64,000 nucleotides of DNA from Chrysomallon squamiferum (taxonomy: Eukaryota > Animalia > Mollusca): contig CM022671.1 of NCBI GenBank assembly GCA_012295275.1, positions 19,158,001-19,222,000 of the forward strand. The letters are read 5' to 3'. The notes beneath the pieces were generated by a model. It saw only the letters and a program-made list of their open reading frames with translations, ran no database searches and was not told the origin of the DNA. The position numbers and the translations under genes are program-made. Shown one piece after another: positions 15,701 through 31,000 of the stretch; position 1 is the first letter of the stretch, and each line of letters opens with the position of its first letter.

Positions 15701-18476
15701 AGATGTGGCTTTCCAGGTATATGCAAAAACAATTCAGATTTGACAATTAATAACTAAATCTAAAAGAGATAATTATATGTTAGTTGATAAATTTCATTGA
15801 TAAATAAATTAATCTACAACTGATGGACATGTTTTATCAAAAGACAAATACAATTTGAATAATTTAACATTCTCTTTTATTTCCACACCATATCTGAGAA
15901 TTTATTAAACAGGTGGGATCAATCATAGACTATTAACTTGAGATGAAATGCATGCATGTAAGCTTTCAAAACTTTAGCTGTTAAAAACATAAAAATACAT
16001 CCTTTTCTTCAGCCTGGCAATATAAGATATATAAAAAAAATATTAAATGAACATGCATGTATTTTTCTTGATATGTGTTACTGTGCATTTCTTTCAGTTG
16101 TGTGTGTATTGAAATTCTGAATATGTTTGCTGGATCATTTTAAAACTTCTTTTAGTTTATCCACAAATGAACATTTGGTATATTGTAACTATCGTTACTG
16201 TTTTTTCTTTTGCTTCAATTACTAGTTTCCATTCTGAGTGAAATATTCATCGAAGCATTACACCATGAAGTGGAACGATGGCTCCATTGATAAAAAATAA
16301 ATTTCCATAACAGTAAAAGAAAAATACACAAATGTATGTGACCTACCTAAATGTCACCAAATGCCTTTTATAGTCCTGTTTCCATTCAATAAATGATCGT
16401 ATTATCCACTTGGCCATGAAGCAGGTCACACAGGAAATTAATATTAAAATCATAGGAACTGGTTTGTCCTGTTGATAAAAATATCTGAATTTGTTAAAGG
16501 ATGGGCATTGAAGAAAAAATATGTGCACAGTTAAAAATACAGAAATAATATTGTGATTAAAATAAAATACTGAAGTATTAAAACTGCTTTTCAAATTCAG
16601 AATGATACAACGGAATAGCCATAAAATGGATTAAAAATCGATCTGATTTATAAAGCAGAATAAAAATAGTGAAACAATATATTAATACTGTACATGAAAA
16701 TAACAAGATTGTAACTGTAAACAATATTATAGATTGATTTGTCAAGCTGTAATATCTGCTAAAACCAGTTTTCCATGACTGGCTATTCTATAGGCTGCTG
16801 TTTTACACTAAAGTGTTTGTAGAAAATGGAAATATGCATTTACACAAGATGAACCCAGTAAAACTGAATAACAGCTTGAAAGCTTGTTTCTTCTATACAT
16901 TTTGCATAGTGTTTACAAAATTCAAATTTTAAATGAATGCTTTTTTAATATGATTAGATACAAAAATTGTTACATCTTGATATGTATATTTTTCTTAAAT
17001 ATCATATTTATATCTCAGATGATAAATAAGCAAAACTGTCCTATAAACCACATTTTTTTTTACTCATGAAAGGTCAAAAAGTTAATGTGAACATGATATC
17101 AACTGCCAAAGATAAGTCATAAAAATGACACAGTATAAAAATATTTTTAATACTATTTATAAATATATTTATTTACTTATTTTGTTATTTATGTTAATAC
17201 CATTTTTCACATAAAATATTCACTAAACTAGTTTTTGTTGAATCATAAATAAGAATAATAAACAGTGTGACATTAATGACAGGTGCCTGTACTATGTGGG
17301 TCAAATTTACTAAAGAATAAAATGTGATGGTGACTGAGGGTTCTTTGAATGTGTTAGCACTTGACCTTTTAAATTTAAGTGACTCCACCTTTCAGAGTGT
17401 TTAACTTACTCTCACTGTTAGGCAGTGTCTTGAATTCTACTTCATGTCAGATTCTTAATATCACTTGCTCAGCAGTAAACTGTTGAAATTTTAAAGAAAA
17501 CAATCACAAAATGTTTTAAATAGTTTAATAAATGAATAAATAAATGATTTAAAAATTAATAATTTAAGAACCAAGATAAAATTTATAAAAATAAAAAGTA
17601 AAAGATTGATGTTAACAGTAAAGGTAATGATTTTAAATGCATTGGAATTAACTTTTTAAATTTAAAAAAAAAAAAAATGAAAAATGGAAGAGGTGTTGTT
17701 TTATAAGTCCAGATAGGAAGAAATGGAAAATTTGGTACAAACATTACAAAATCTAATTTTAACATATTCTGTGGAAACATCAGAAACTTAATATTTTTTT
17801 TCATATCAATAGTTTAAATATTTGTTTTTTCACAATATAAAAACAATAATAGTAATGAGTACAAAAGGGAAAAAAAAAGAAAAGAAAAGAAAAACTAAAA
17901 AGATGCTTTAAGTTTTACTGTTATTTGTTTTGTGTTTGTCATGATCTTAACTAGGCTTCAGTTCTTCCTTTTAGGGTAATCAACCTGGTAAAGAATTTCA
18001 CATATACATGTGGGAGTTACTTACTCATCACTGTTTGTTCTCTAGTTTGTTCGTCCAGCCACCTTTTTGTACCACAACTGTTTTTCTACCTTACTTTTAT
18101 TTCACACATCTTGCAGTGACTAGCTCTAATAGATCCACGATTTGTTTACCTTGAATCTAAAGCAGGTGTGTTTCTTGTCTTCACAAAGATATATTCGTTT
18201 CAACATTTTTATTTTTTCTATTTTTTTTTTTTTTTTATTATGTAGTCAGTTCAGGTTAACAAAATATTTGAATAATTATTTGATCAAGAAACTTAATGTA
18301 TTTGTGGATGTGTATTTATATGTGGATTAGGAATTTATCTGTCTGCTAACAAAAGGAGAAGTGTATTTTGTGAATGAGAATCATAAGAGTTTTATAATGT
18401 GAGTTGGAGAAAAATATTCTTCTCTTAATAGATATCTTTCATCTGGAATTTAACCAAACTTCCCTTTGTAAACTAA

Positions 18477-18542
<66 letters not shown>

Positions 18543-20208
18543 TGTTTATGTGTGTGTGTTCTCAGTCATATCCTTATTTCAGTGTACATGTACAAAAACG
18601 TGAAGACAGTTGGATGTGTAAAATTATATAACCTTTCCCAGTTTCAAATAGCCTTCCTATATTTAAAATTTAAAAGAAATAAACTTATTTCAAACAATAT
18701 CTTAATGTGCAAAACAAATATTGCAGTATTTTCTGTATCAGAGGAAATAAAACAGATTAATGTGTGTGTATATAATAGATATTAATTTTGTAGTCAGTGT
18801 CCATTACCCAGTTGTTTTTGACACCATGTTAAAGATACAGTATAGGAATCAGTGATTGACCTTGAATTTATTTTAGTATGCTGCATAGAAAATCCATTGT
18901 AAGAACAGCAGCAACATCATTAAAATTTAATGTACACTTGTTGTGCATCTGTTGATTTGCACCTGTATTTGAACAGGGCGAGTAATTTACATCCACGTAT
19001 GCCCATGTTACCAATGAAGAGAAGATCATTATTTAGGCTGTGATCAAAGCATGCAGAACTGTCAATATAAGCAGCTGGTAGGTGTTAACATGCCAACTGA
19101 GTAACATGGTATGAGAAAATGAACTGGGCAAATAGTGCAAAATGTTTAGTGCCATACTTTGGGGGTGCAAAAAGCAGAAACTAAAAAAAAAAAAAATTAT
19201 AATAATACATATATGTATATGTATATGTATTATTTTATTTTATATATTCATTCCCCACCAATTTCCTTAAAATATTCATTATAATTTTAAATAAGTATAT
19301 GAAATTGATTTTTGTAATCTAGAATTAAAAGTAACATTGCCATATTAAAAGTAACAAAACAGCATTTAAGTTTATATAAAATACTGACAACCAGGAGGCA
19401 TAAAATATTTTTCCATTATATATTCCAATTAAATTACACAGCAAGGTAACATTTGTATTGCTAATATTTTATAAAGATAAAAATTTAATTGTCAATTTGC
19501 TGTTCAAACATACACAATCATGCATACTCAAGTGATGAATGTAGACATATACATATATTGAAGTGTACAAATATATAAGAATATTTATAGACATACATTC
19601 ATGGATTTAAGCAGACATACACATTTATCCATTGACATTTGCATTTGTGCAGCTTCGAACACATAAGAACAGTGATAAATGCACAAAGATTTAAGGACAC
19701 TTGTATATACATATACCCAGTAACATGCACAGACACACACATACACCTAGAGACTCTTTCAAAGATCTACGCTCATAAATGCATTGTACAGCAGCATACA
19801 AAAAAACTGTCTTTTGATGGTAAATACTTCCCCTAGATAATAACCCATATCCTGCAGAACACTGCTAAAAGTTTGCTGACGTTTTTATTGCCTCATTTAT
19901 AATAACTTTGATATTTTCCTATCTGTTTCTGCATCCATTTATGGAGAGAGTGGAGGGGATTTGGGGACTGGAGGGTGTCACATTTTTTTGCTTACAGAGG
20001 TTAATATAGAAAATCACTGCTGGAGCTGATACATATGTATTACCACTGACAGGAATGAATAATTGTTATGAGTAAGATGATGAATGGTGACACACTTTTC
20101 TAGGGTTACTTTTTAATTTCATTTCATGTTTTGCATGTTAATGTACTACCATCTATACCTTAATATCCTTTTAGGGCTGTTTCTCAATGTTTCTTTTTAC
20201 TCCAGAGC

Positions 20209-20243
<35 letters not shown>

Positions 20244-20341
20244 TATATGAATATCCTTGCAGTTAAATGGTGAAAGAAATCAAAATCATAATGAATAGCA
20301 AGAACACTTTTCAAGGCCAAAACAAAATAAAAAAATTGTTT

Positions 20342-20377
<36 letters not shown>

Positions 20378-21971
20378 ATATCAAATACTTTTAAATGTAC
20401 AAGAAAACAAAATTGTTTGATAACAACACAGGTTTTATTGTTTTAAAATTAACACAAAAGCTTAACACATGAGCACAAATAGTACAATTCAGATATTTTG
20501 TTCTATTAAACCAACAACCCTGCTACTAATCAATTTATACTGATTTAAAAGATAAAAGTAACCATTGCCTTGTTTTTAGGAATAGAATTAATTATCAGTG
20601 ACCATATGTTTCTTTCTAACTGCATATATTACTTTTGTTAGAGTATAAAAACACAAGATTTGTGTCAAAAAAAAAAAAATAATAATAATAATAATCAAAT
20701 GAAACAAAAAATTGAAATAATAAAATCATTATTTTTCTTTTTAAAGTTGAATTAAGGATAGAAATTTCAATTTAAAAAAAAAAAAAAAAAAAAAAATCCT
20801 ACACAAAACAATAAGATATTCAAAATAAATTAATAATAAGACATGCTGCACAAGAAACAGTAGCTCAGTCATTTAGTTACTGAAACAAATAATAAGTAAC
20901 AAAGGGAGAAAAATATTTAAAATATAATGTATTCATTTTAGCTGCAATATTGGTCAGCACAGGAACAAAGGCTTTTTCTCACGTAACTTCATGTCTGCAT
21001 GTGCCAGCACGGCCACACCCACACTGTTAACACCCACTGAAATCCTAACCTTGCAGCACTTGTTCTGTTTGAAACACACGTTTTCTTGTTATAATCCCCC
21101 AGACAAAGCCAGGACACATAAACTTGGCCTGATTTTGATATTCACTTACGTTATATGGAGAAATAAAACCTATGAAATGAGTGTTTTGATCACACTGAGT
21201 AAGTGAAGGCAACATGAAAATGGAATAATTTAGATGACTATAAACTTGTAAACATTAAAATAATAGTACTTTTCCAGATAAAGAAACTAATTTAACATTG
21301 TTTGAAACTGTACACTTTCACATTATATATATTTTGAAATATTTTATGATGATTATAAAATCATATATATTAAATTTTGTCACTTAAATAAAAATGATTT
21401 TACCAAAAACAAAATTTAATTGTCTATTATCACTTTATATAAACAACAAACTTTTAACAGAAAATAAATGTTGTGAATAACCTGAAACTCTTGAATAAAT
21501 TATTGATAATTTTCCAGTTAATTAAACTAATTAATTTTATGCTTAAAATGTGCACAGTCAATACCTAAATATCTTGGATCTTTGTTAATTCTCCAATCAT
21601 TTATACTTTACTGCAAATAATTTAGAACTGACTGTGATAAAATATTTATAGTCACGCCCTCTGCTTGTTGTGGGTGGATGTGATAGAAGAGCATTACAAT
21701 GTTGTTACTGTAACTAATCTATGATTAATCTAGAACATCAGTTAAAGCCTGGTCTGGTCTCTGCTGGTGGGCAGTATATCTGAACCAGGACCAATAAACA
21801 TGTCCTGTATTCTGTTTGCACCAAGATAATACTGACGAGGGCCTGATAAAGATGGCAAGCTAATTCCTTATTTATTATAACCAGATAAATAAATTGTACT
21901 GTATCCATCTTATCTAGAGATGAACTTTTATTGTCTTTATTGGAAATGTGTATATATTTTGTTACATTCAC

Positions 21972-22019
<48 letters not shown>

Positions 22020-25000
22020 GCATGTACATGTTTGTGTGTGTGTATGTGTGTGTGTGCATGCATGTGCACCTGCATGCATATATAGATCCATACATAAATA
22101 CCCAAATGTAAAATTTATATATACTTGAATACTCAATCTATGTGTATATACGTATTTGCAGATATATGCATTCACATATTGATATTTTAAGCACATACTC
22201 AGAAGGAAAAAAACAATACAAATAACCCAGTTCATCATATCAAAAACAAACATACCTTCAATCTATTTTTATGCTGATCAAGAATGCCAGAAATGTGTTT
22301 TCGATGCACACGTAGCTCTGTTATGACCAGTGAAGAATGCAGCAGAAAAAAAGAAAAAAGAAAATTGTAATTGCTCTGTAGCTCATTCTCTGCTATGGTC
22401 ATTCATGAAAGCAAATAATTTGTTTTGAATATATGCCAAAGCTCTGTCAAAACTATCAAAAGTTACAAACGTTTTGATTGTCAGAATCTGTAAAACTGTT
22501 ACCTTTACTGATATTTATTTTTATTATTATTATTATTTTCTTTTTTTTCCACTAACAGTGCTTCTGAAGTATCATGAAAGAAATAATCATATCATAATAC
22601 TGAAGTAGATTAAAATAAATTTATACAGTGTATGTTGGCAGTTATATTTATTATTTATAATCATTTACTATTATTGGAAAAGGCTATAGTGCAGTAGTTA
22701 CATAAGCTAGGTTCTAATAATGATCATTTCCACATAGTCCACTAATCAGATAGTCATGCCAGGACATTATGACTGGTTTATCACAGTCCATTGTTGTTTA
22801 CCTGTGTGTGGGAAGGTATGTGCAAGATTCCTTTCTGCTTACAGATAAGATTTATTATTTTTTAACCGTTATATAAAATGAATTTATTTTAGAACTTTAT
22901 ATAATAATAGCAAAAAACAAAAAATAAAAAAAAACACAACCCCAGCCCAAAAAAAAACCAAAACAATTTCATTAAAAAAAATCAAAAAAATAAAAATTTC
23001 AGATATAAAATTTTCAATAACAATTTAAATTGACAGCCTATCCATCTTGTTTCTCACTCCTAGTTATCTACATAGCTTGATATCACAGTTACCTGCAAGC
23101 CATAAATAACATAGATATTTGTTATAGGTGTGATACATAATTCAGTCATCTGAGTGGGTTTAGTGAGTGGGTTTAGTGAGTGGGTTTTAGTTCTTAACTA
23201 AAGCATGTATCAGAGGATTGACAGGTATCGGGATCAGTTCTTCTTGCTTGACCCAATCAAAAATTTCATAGTAAAAGATACAAGTTAAACATTTCAAAGA
23301 TATAAACAATTTGTAGCATACAAATAATCAAAAATAATCTTTGAGAATAATGGCAATGGACATAAATAGCAAACAATGGGTAAATTAATATCTACTCCAA
23401 AAAAAAAACAATGGTCTTGTTTTCTAATAATTTACTATCTGTAAAAATAACACTTTGTATGGTATTACTTCTGAATTTTATTTATTTATTTTTTTTGCAT
23501 ATTAACACCCACAAGATATATCTTTAACATTGTTGTATTACAACTTGCAGATTTTATTATACCTTTCTAAAATAACATTTGTTCATATTAACTCTAGTCA
23601 GTAGATGATATCAAATATCCATTCTTTTAGCTGTGTGATATTAAAATCAGTAATTCTCTCCATTCGAGAAATGCTAAATATTAACTACAGTGTGGGTAAA
23701 AAGAAAACACGAGATTTATTGGAGATTCTAATTCTGTATATTGCCTAAGTTTGGTCACTTTAAAAACAAGCAAAGTTTTGATTACTGTAAAGATCAGTAA
23801 AAGTGCTGAAAAGATTAATTCTGTATCTCATTGAAAATGTTTATATTTTTCAGACAGTGGAGATATTGTGGACAGACGACTAAAGCTCATTCTAGGTCTA
23901 ATATGGACGCTCATTTTGCATTACTCAATTTCTATGCCCATGTGGGAAGGAGAAGAACAAGGCCCCTCAGAGGGAGGACCCACCCCCAAACAACGTTTGC
24001 TCAACTGGGTACAGAGCAAGGTGCCTGACATTCCTATCCGTAACTTCAGCACTGACTGGAATGATGGAAAAGCCATTGGGGCTCTTGTTGATGCTTGCGG
24101 ACCAGGTAAAGCTGAACTTGGAATCAGTGTTCGAAATTTCTCTTGGCATTTATATTTATAGCTCCAGTCTTTGTTTACTTTACATGCTGTTATCCGCAGT
24201 AAAAAAAACATTAATAACATCTTGTACCATATAAATCCATCCTGCATAACTACTGCATAAATTAAAGAAATCAGGACATTAACATATAAAAAAAAAAAAA
24301 AAAAAATAAAATAAAAAAAATGTGATATCTTGATATATATTTGTAAAATATTGATCAATGCTCTCTTTAAATTACTTACTTTTATTATTATTGTTAATTT
24401 TTTTTTTAGTTTTTTTTTCAGTCAAAAATTTCTTAATAACATTAAACTAACTGAGAAATGATTCTGTTCTATTATGTTAGGTCTGTGCCCTGACTGGGAG
24501 GACTGGGACCCAAAGAAAGCCAAGGAAAATGCCAAGGAGGCCATGGATGCTGCTGAGAAATGGCTTGATGTCCCACAGGTAAAAATATTTTTACTGTTCT
24601 TGTGGCCTAAAATCACCAATAATTTATTAATGCACCAGATTGCAGTTAATTAACAAAGCCATAAAATTTCAAAATCAGTTTCACATTCTTTCATTTATTC
24701 AAAATAAATCCTTAATGCAATTAATATTTCAAATGATGCACATGTGTAATTAAGATATCTTAAAAAACGAGTATAATTTTTGAATAATTATCAAAATCCT
24801 GACTAAAGGATTAGATAAGCAATTTTTGTGGTTCTTTATTTTTGAAATATTTCTTTTGCTTTATGCATATAAGTAACATTTTCACCATAGATTAAAAATA
24901 TGAATTGAACACAAAAAGTAATGTTGTATATTTTATCTGCTGTGGTTTGGATTATTATTATTCTTATTATTATAACTAAGTGTACCATTATTACTGACAC

Positions 25001-28000
25001 ACTGTTTCTTTATTGTCTTCAGCTTCTAAAACCAACAGAACTGGCCAACCCAAAGATTGATGAAATGAGTGTAATGACTTACATCTCACAGTTCCCAAAA
25101 GCCAAGCTCAAACCCGGAGCACCCACTCGCCCTAGAGTGAATGCTGGCAGAGTGAGGGCGTGGGGACCTGGCCTGGAGGCCACTGGTAATCAGGTGGGAG
25201 CCCCAGCTCGCTTCACTGTGGAAACATTCAGCGCTGGGAAAGGCCAAGTTGAAGTTATCATTCTTAACCCCAAGGGCAAACAGGAACCTGTGAGTTTTAA
25301 CATAGTTCCTCATCTCAATCTTCTATACATGTTATCTTGTTAAGTTGACATTTGAGATTTGAATATCAGATATTCCAAACTAGTCATCCTTTGGATATTT
25401 AGAATAAGTGATATTAGTAATTCATGTATTAAATAATATAAAGATAAATAATTTAGATTTGAAAAATTGGTTTGGAGAAAACTTTATTAGATTTATTGGA
25501 GTAATGCTATATATTTTTTTTGATAATCTATTATCAGTGTATCTGGTTTGAGTTTTCTATTGTTATTAAAATGAACAATAAATGTAAAAATCAGTATCTA
25601 AAAAAATCTGATAAAATTAACTTAGCTAGGACAAAGTATCATTTTAAGAAGTTATTCTTATTGGAAGCCTTTTTATAGATCAGAATAATTTGTACAATTT
25701 TTTGATTTATTAAGCATTTTATAGCAAGTGAAGACAAGAAATTCAATTTAAACTCTATCTTTTTTCTAGCTTAAATACATTAGTCATGGTGACACAGAAT
25801 CATATCAGTGGCATTAAGGAAAATCTGTTATTTCAAGAATAATTATTTACAACTCCATATGTCTTAATTAGTTATTAGAAACTAAATACATAATATATTA
25901 CATTATTAAATACCTTACGTATAATGACACTATACATTTTTCTTGATTATGCAAGTTATTTTCAGTTGCACTTAGAGTAAATCATCTGATGTTGTGAGAT
26001 ATTTAACATCTTGTTTTTCTTTACACAGGCCTGAAGGATCTTGATATATGTAAAAACAAAATCACTTTTAGAAAGTCAGTCAGCCAAATAAGACTCTTGA
26101 GCACAATCTGTTTCATTTTTTAAATATATTTTCTTAAACATGAACAGAATAATAACATTTGATTGCTCATTTCCAGTGTGAAGTTGTCTTCAACAATGAC
26201 AGAAATCTCACATACTCCTGTGTGTATGTGGCAAGCATGGAGGGAATGTACAAGGTTTGTCTAATTTGTCAGTTGTTTCTCTCGTTTTCATTCTGTGTTT
26301 CATCATGATGATTACCATTTCAGTGTGAAATTGTGCTCACCTCTAATGATGTTGCTGAGGACAAGCAACTCTTTACCTGTACTTACACCCCAGAGGTGGA
26401 GGGCATTTTCAAGGTAGGTTGCGCATCCGGTGGTTTGCCGCTCGATCGCTGTAGAATGGTTGATCTAGACTTGGATGCTCCGAAATGTAGTCTTTCTCAC
26501 AGACTGATTCTGTCCATGTAAATCCACTTACAGTGAGGATTAAATTTCACGCAATTTTAGTAAATCTGTTCACTGAAATTTTCAAAGCCCATTTGTACAT
26601 AGCTTTAATAATTCCATTTTACGCAATTCAAGTAATTCTCTTTTATTGTTTTGAGTAAATTCATTTTACAAAATTGCTGAAGGGTTCAGTATTTTAAAAC
26701 ATGTTTGACAATTTTATTTTCTTAATTGGAAATTGGTCATAAGGAAAATAAAATATTAATGCTGTAAAAGAAATATTTACTGAAATGTTTAAGTGTAATG
26801 GTACAATGCAAAGGGAGTTTAGTAAGAAAAGCAGGAATAAACTATTCGGTGAATAATTTCTTTATTATCATTTCATCCTAAAAAGTTTCTAAATTTGTCA
26901 TATAAAATGTGAAATCAAACTGTTATCATAATAATAATAAAATAGTAGTAACAATAATAATAATATTAACTTTAATTCTTTAAAATTTAATATTCTCATT
27001 CAAAAATTCAAAGGAAAAAAAGTTAAGGATTCTTTAACAGAAGTGTTTATTAAAATTGCTTGAAATTTAAAACAAAAAAACACAAAACAGAAGTGTTAAG
27101 ATTTACATGGCTGTAGATGACTTTAGTTTGGATGTGATAAAACCCGAGTGAATATGGCCGCTAGTCAACAAATTAGGTTTGTGTATCAGTGTTTTGTTGT
27201 GAAAACCTGTTGTTATTGTTGTGTAACTTTTAGTTTTGTCCTTGTATAGTTCTAAGAAAATTGTGTATTAATTATAAAAACTTCTGGGATTATGACATTA
27301 TTATTTTGACAATAAATAAAAGTAATGTTGCCAAGTATCTAACTTGCGTGCTGTTGGGCACAAAATCAGTTCTTCTCTGACGAATTTTTCACACTGCTCC
27401 TATCATTTGATCCTACTGACTATTTACTTCAAACCCTACCAGACAACTATGTCTTATCATAAATTTGGGTATTTTCTAAGGGAATATACATCTATTTAAT
27501 ATATGCACAAAAAAAAAAAAAAAAAAAAAAATTGGTATTTGGTGACAGTAGCCCATGGCATTCAGTTTTCAATTCTTGTATCTGTAGAAGAAAATTTAAT
27601 AACATTAAATACTGTAAATGGCTGAAGTGTTGTTAAATATTTATTAACTTTGGGTATTGTAAATGTCCTTAAAGGATAATAAAGTCAGTATAAACTTACA
27701 TGGTGGAAGTAATCATTATCTAACACTTACATGCATACTATCTTCTTATTGTATATTATATCCAGTAATGACTAATGAAGTCTTTAAATGCTTTAAATAT
27801 TCCTTTTCACTGGACCATTTAGTTTGGTCTTTTGACAAAAATTCTATCCTCTGTACTGAAAAGTCAGAGCCTAGAAAATCCCAAATTTCCAGTCTGAAAC
27901 TGAAATTGAATTCAGTCGTTACCAGTAAAGTACTTGAAATATAATTAAAGTAAAGCTTTTCCAGTATGGGCTACACCTTCTGATTCTAGATAATAAGCTA

Positions 28001-31000
28001 TCCATCCATTGAACAAATTCTGTATTTTAATTGTATTAAGAGATGATGGTTAACAGTAATTACATAACCATTAGTTGTCTTGATCCGTTGATATACTTTA
28101 CTGTTAAAACTAGGGCAATATTCTATGTTGTAACTTACAGAGCATGTTAGAAAACAAAAATAAAGCTGTGCTTTTTCTAATATGTTGATGTATTTAATGT
28201 AATCCATTTAAAGCTGTTGTCTTTTTAACTATAAAACCTTACCCAACCCTTAATTTTTGTTTTATATTAAACAAAGGCAAAGTATAAATTTTTTAAATTG
28301 TTTTAAAAATGTAACAAGTTTTGTAAATTTAACAATTTTTGTTTAAAACTCATATTTAATACAGAGGCTTTATTTCTGTTTGATATTTTTCTTGTTAGAT
28401 TTTGGGTGAAAAAAACAACTACCACCAACAACAATAAAAAAAATGGGGAAGAAAAATCCCAATTATTAATGCTGTGAATACAGTTTAGATATCTTGTTTT
28501 GAGATTAAACTACTTAACTATTTAGGTGACTGAATAATACTTCTGAGCCTTGTTATTATTGAGATGACTGAAAGACATTAATTGGACTCATTATCATCAA
28601 AATAACTGAATAAATGATTTTCAAGGAAGTGAATAAATGTTATTTGTTGACGTTGTTAAACATTTTCCTCTAGATAAATGTTGGAATGTTGAAATGTTTT
28701 TTGATGCCCTGTTTTAATGTTTATTATGAAGATAAACATTTTTGAAATAGAATTTGTATTCATATTTGTAATATAATCTTTGCTGTGTGAATTGTAATGA
28801 CTTCCTAGTTTCATTATTAGATTGATGTTAGATAATCCTACAAAAAAATATATATATATTTGTTAATTCATAAAAAGTATGTACATTTTTAAAATCAATA
28901 TTAGGTCAATAAAAGTGTTAAAAAAACCCAATAATAATTTAAATGATCATAATGCTAATACAAGTAGACTGTCCAGTAATGATAATTCAGAAATCTGAAA
29001 CATTGGATATATCCCCAAATGTTAATTTTGTTTTGGCCACATATTTTATTGAACATTTCCTAAAAAAAATAAATAAAAAATCCTGTAGAGTATTAAGTGA
29101 GTAATTATTGCAAATTTCATTATCAGTTATTATACTACAAATAAACAGCATATCTATTAATTACTATTATTTAAATTATTGAGGCTGTTCACTAGAAATA
29201 CTTAAATATTTTGCTTTTAAAGCTTTGCCACTAAATCACAATTTGTATATTGTACACTACTTTTTCAAAATCAAAGATAGACTTTCTACTGATGATTTCA
29301 CATTATGGATAGCTAATCTGAAATAACAGAACATTTATTAGAAAAAGTGAAATTAGCATAGTTTATTACAGTTTAAATTTTTTGAATATTGTAACTTGGA
29401 CTTCTTAAAGATTAGAAATATTTACTTAATATATGTTAATATTAAATAATTTTGGTTTCCAAAAATACTTAATTTACTATATTATTAGTTATTTTTATTT
29501 TTTTTTTTTTTTTGTATGTTTTTTCATCATTTTTATATATATATAAGTAGCAAAAATATTTAGGTTACTAATAAGATATATATTTTTAATAAATCTGGTT
29601 GTTGTTTGTTTATTGTTTGTTGTAATAAATTACTTGAACAGGTAACTAAAAACATTTATTTATGATTCATTTTGTGTATTATTTAGGTGATCATCAAATT
29701 TGCAGGAAAAGAAATTCCAAAGAGCCCATACACTGTGAAGGTAGAGGGAGTGGCTGGGGACCCATCCAAGGTAACTGCCAAGGGGCCTGGCCTTGAGAAA
29801 ACTGGGGTGGTTGCTGGCAAGAAAACATACTTTGAGGTCTATACAAAAGGTATTGACACAATTTAATAACAGTGTATGTGCTTCTTTCTAAAGATTAAAT
29901 GAATTGTAAGCAAATTAAAGTAGATTGGTATATAAAATAAAATAATTATTTTTGTTGATTTTAATTTACAGTGCTTTTAAAAGAATTGTCCCTGTTTGCA
30001 TAAGCTCAGTCTTCAAAACCATTTTGTATTCAATACCATCATAGAAATGTTTGTATTTCATTGAAATTAATAAACTCCATACACATGACAACCATAATTC
30101 CTATTATTTTAGGCAAATAGATTATAATGCATCATTGAAACAAAACATTTAAATCTATATATATATATATATAATATGTAAAATGATGAAAAATAATGAA
30201 TTTGCAAATGTTCAGTTAATCAGCATAATCATTTCTTTATTTATCTCTGATGAACAATGCATGCTTAGGCTGAGGGTTCATTAAATTTAATTATTAGCTG
30301 TTAATCAAAATACATTAAAAAAAAACCCAACTTTGGTCTTCTATTACAACAGGAGCTGGCAATGGTAATGTGGACGTAGCCATCTTGGATCCTCGTGGAC
30401 GCAAGGACTCGGTGCGAGCCAGTATTCAGCCAGTGAGGGGAAAAGAAGGGACCTTCCTAGTGGAGTACACCCCAGTGGAACCCGGACAATACTCGGTCAA
30501 TGTGTTCTTCTCTGGCCACCAGATTCCAAACAGCCCGTTTGGAGTTAATGTGTCACCAGGTATGTACCTGTTTTTCTAAACATTTTAGCTCTAAATATAA
30601 GGACCACAACTTTCTAAAACTTTTTATTATTACTATTATCGCTGTTATTATTTTTATAAAGGTCTTTTTAGATATTTCTGATGATCTTATAGCTCAGAAA
30701 AATAGAATTTAAATTACTTCATTTTAATTTATCATCATCTTTGTTTTTGTTATTGTTTTTTTATACACATCTATATGCAAATTTGTACATACAGAAATAT
30801 AATAAACAAACACAAAGGTAAACATATACATGCATGTGTACATATACATACATACTTATTTTAAAGAATTTTATTTTAAAATTTATGATCATATAGTACA
30901 AAATGGAGAAATGTTATTAGAAATTTTATATCTTATATTTTTTCCTTTCTAAATTACACATTATTAAAAAAACAACAAAAAAACAATGCCTTGTTAATAA

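Noticed and set aside
19935-19944. CArG boxes (19935, 47402, 57978) and scattered GGAATG TEAD-like motifs
   Set aside because: Plausible for a cytoskeletal gene, but a few such hits are expected by chance in 64 kb of AT-rich DNA
23151-23190. GGGTTTAG-containing repeat resembling telomeric sequence
   Set aside because: The unit is 13 bp with only three copies; not a TTAGGG array
2600-23800. Many 60-170 aa ORFs in intron 1 (e.g. 21738-22253, 18480-18785, 12120-12437)
   Set aside because: Low-complexity or microsatellite translations with AT-biased composition and no recognisable domain or consistent splice structure
23921-24358. Minus-strand ORFs overlapping filamin exons (also 2310-2549, 43016-43306, 60147-60458)
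   Set aside because: Antisense shadows of GC-richer coding exons
26010-26050. Strong acceptor ttacacag at 26028 as a possible third exon-5 variant
   Set aside because: Immediate stop (GCC TGA) in phase 0 and no homology to 5a or 5b
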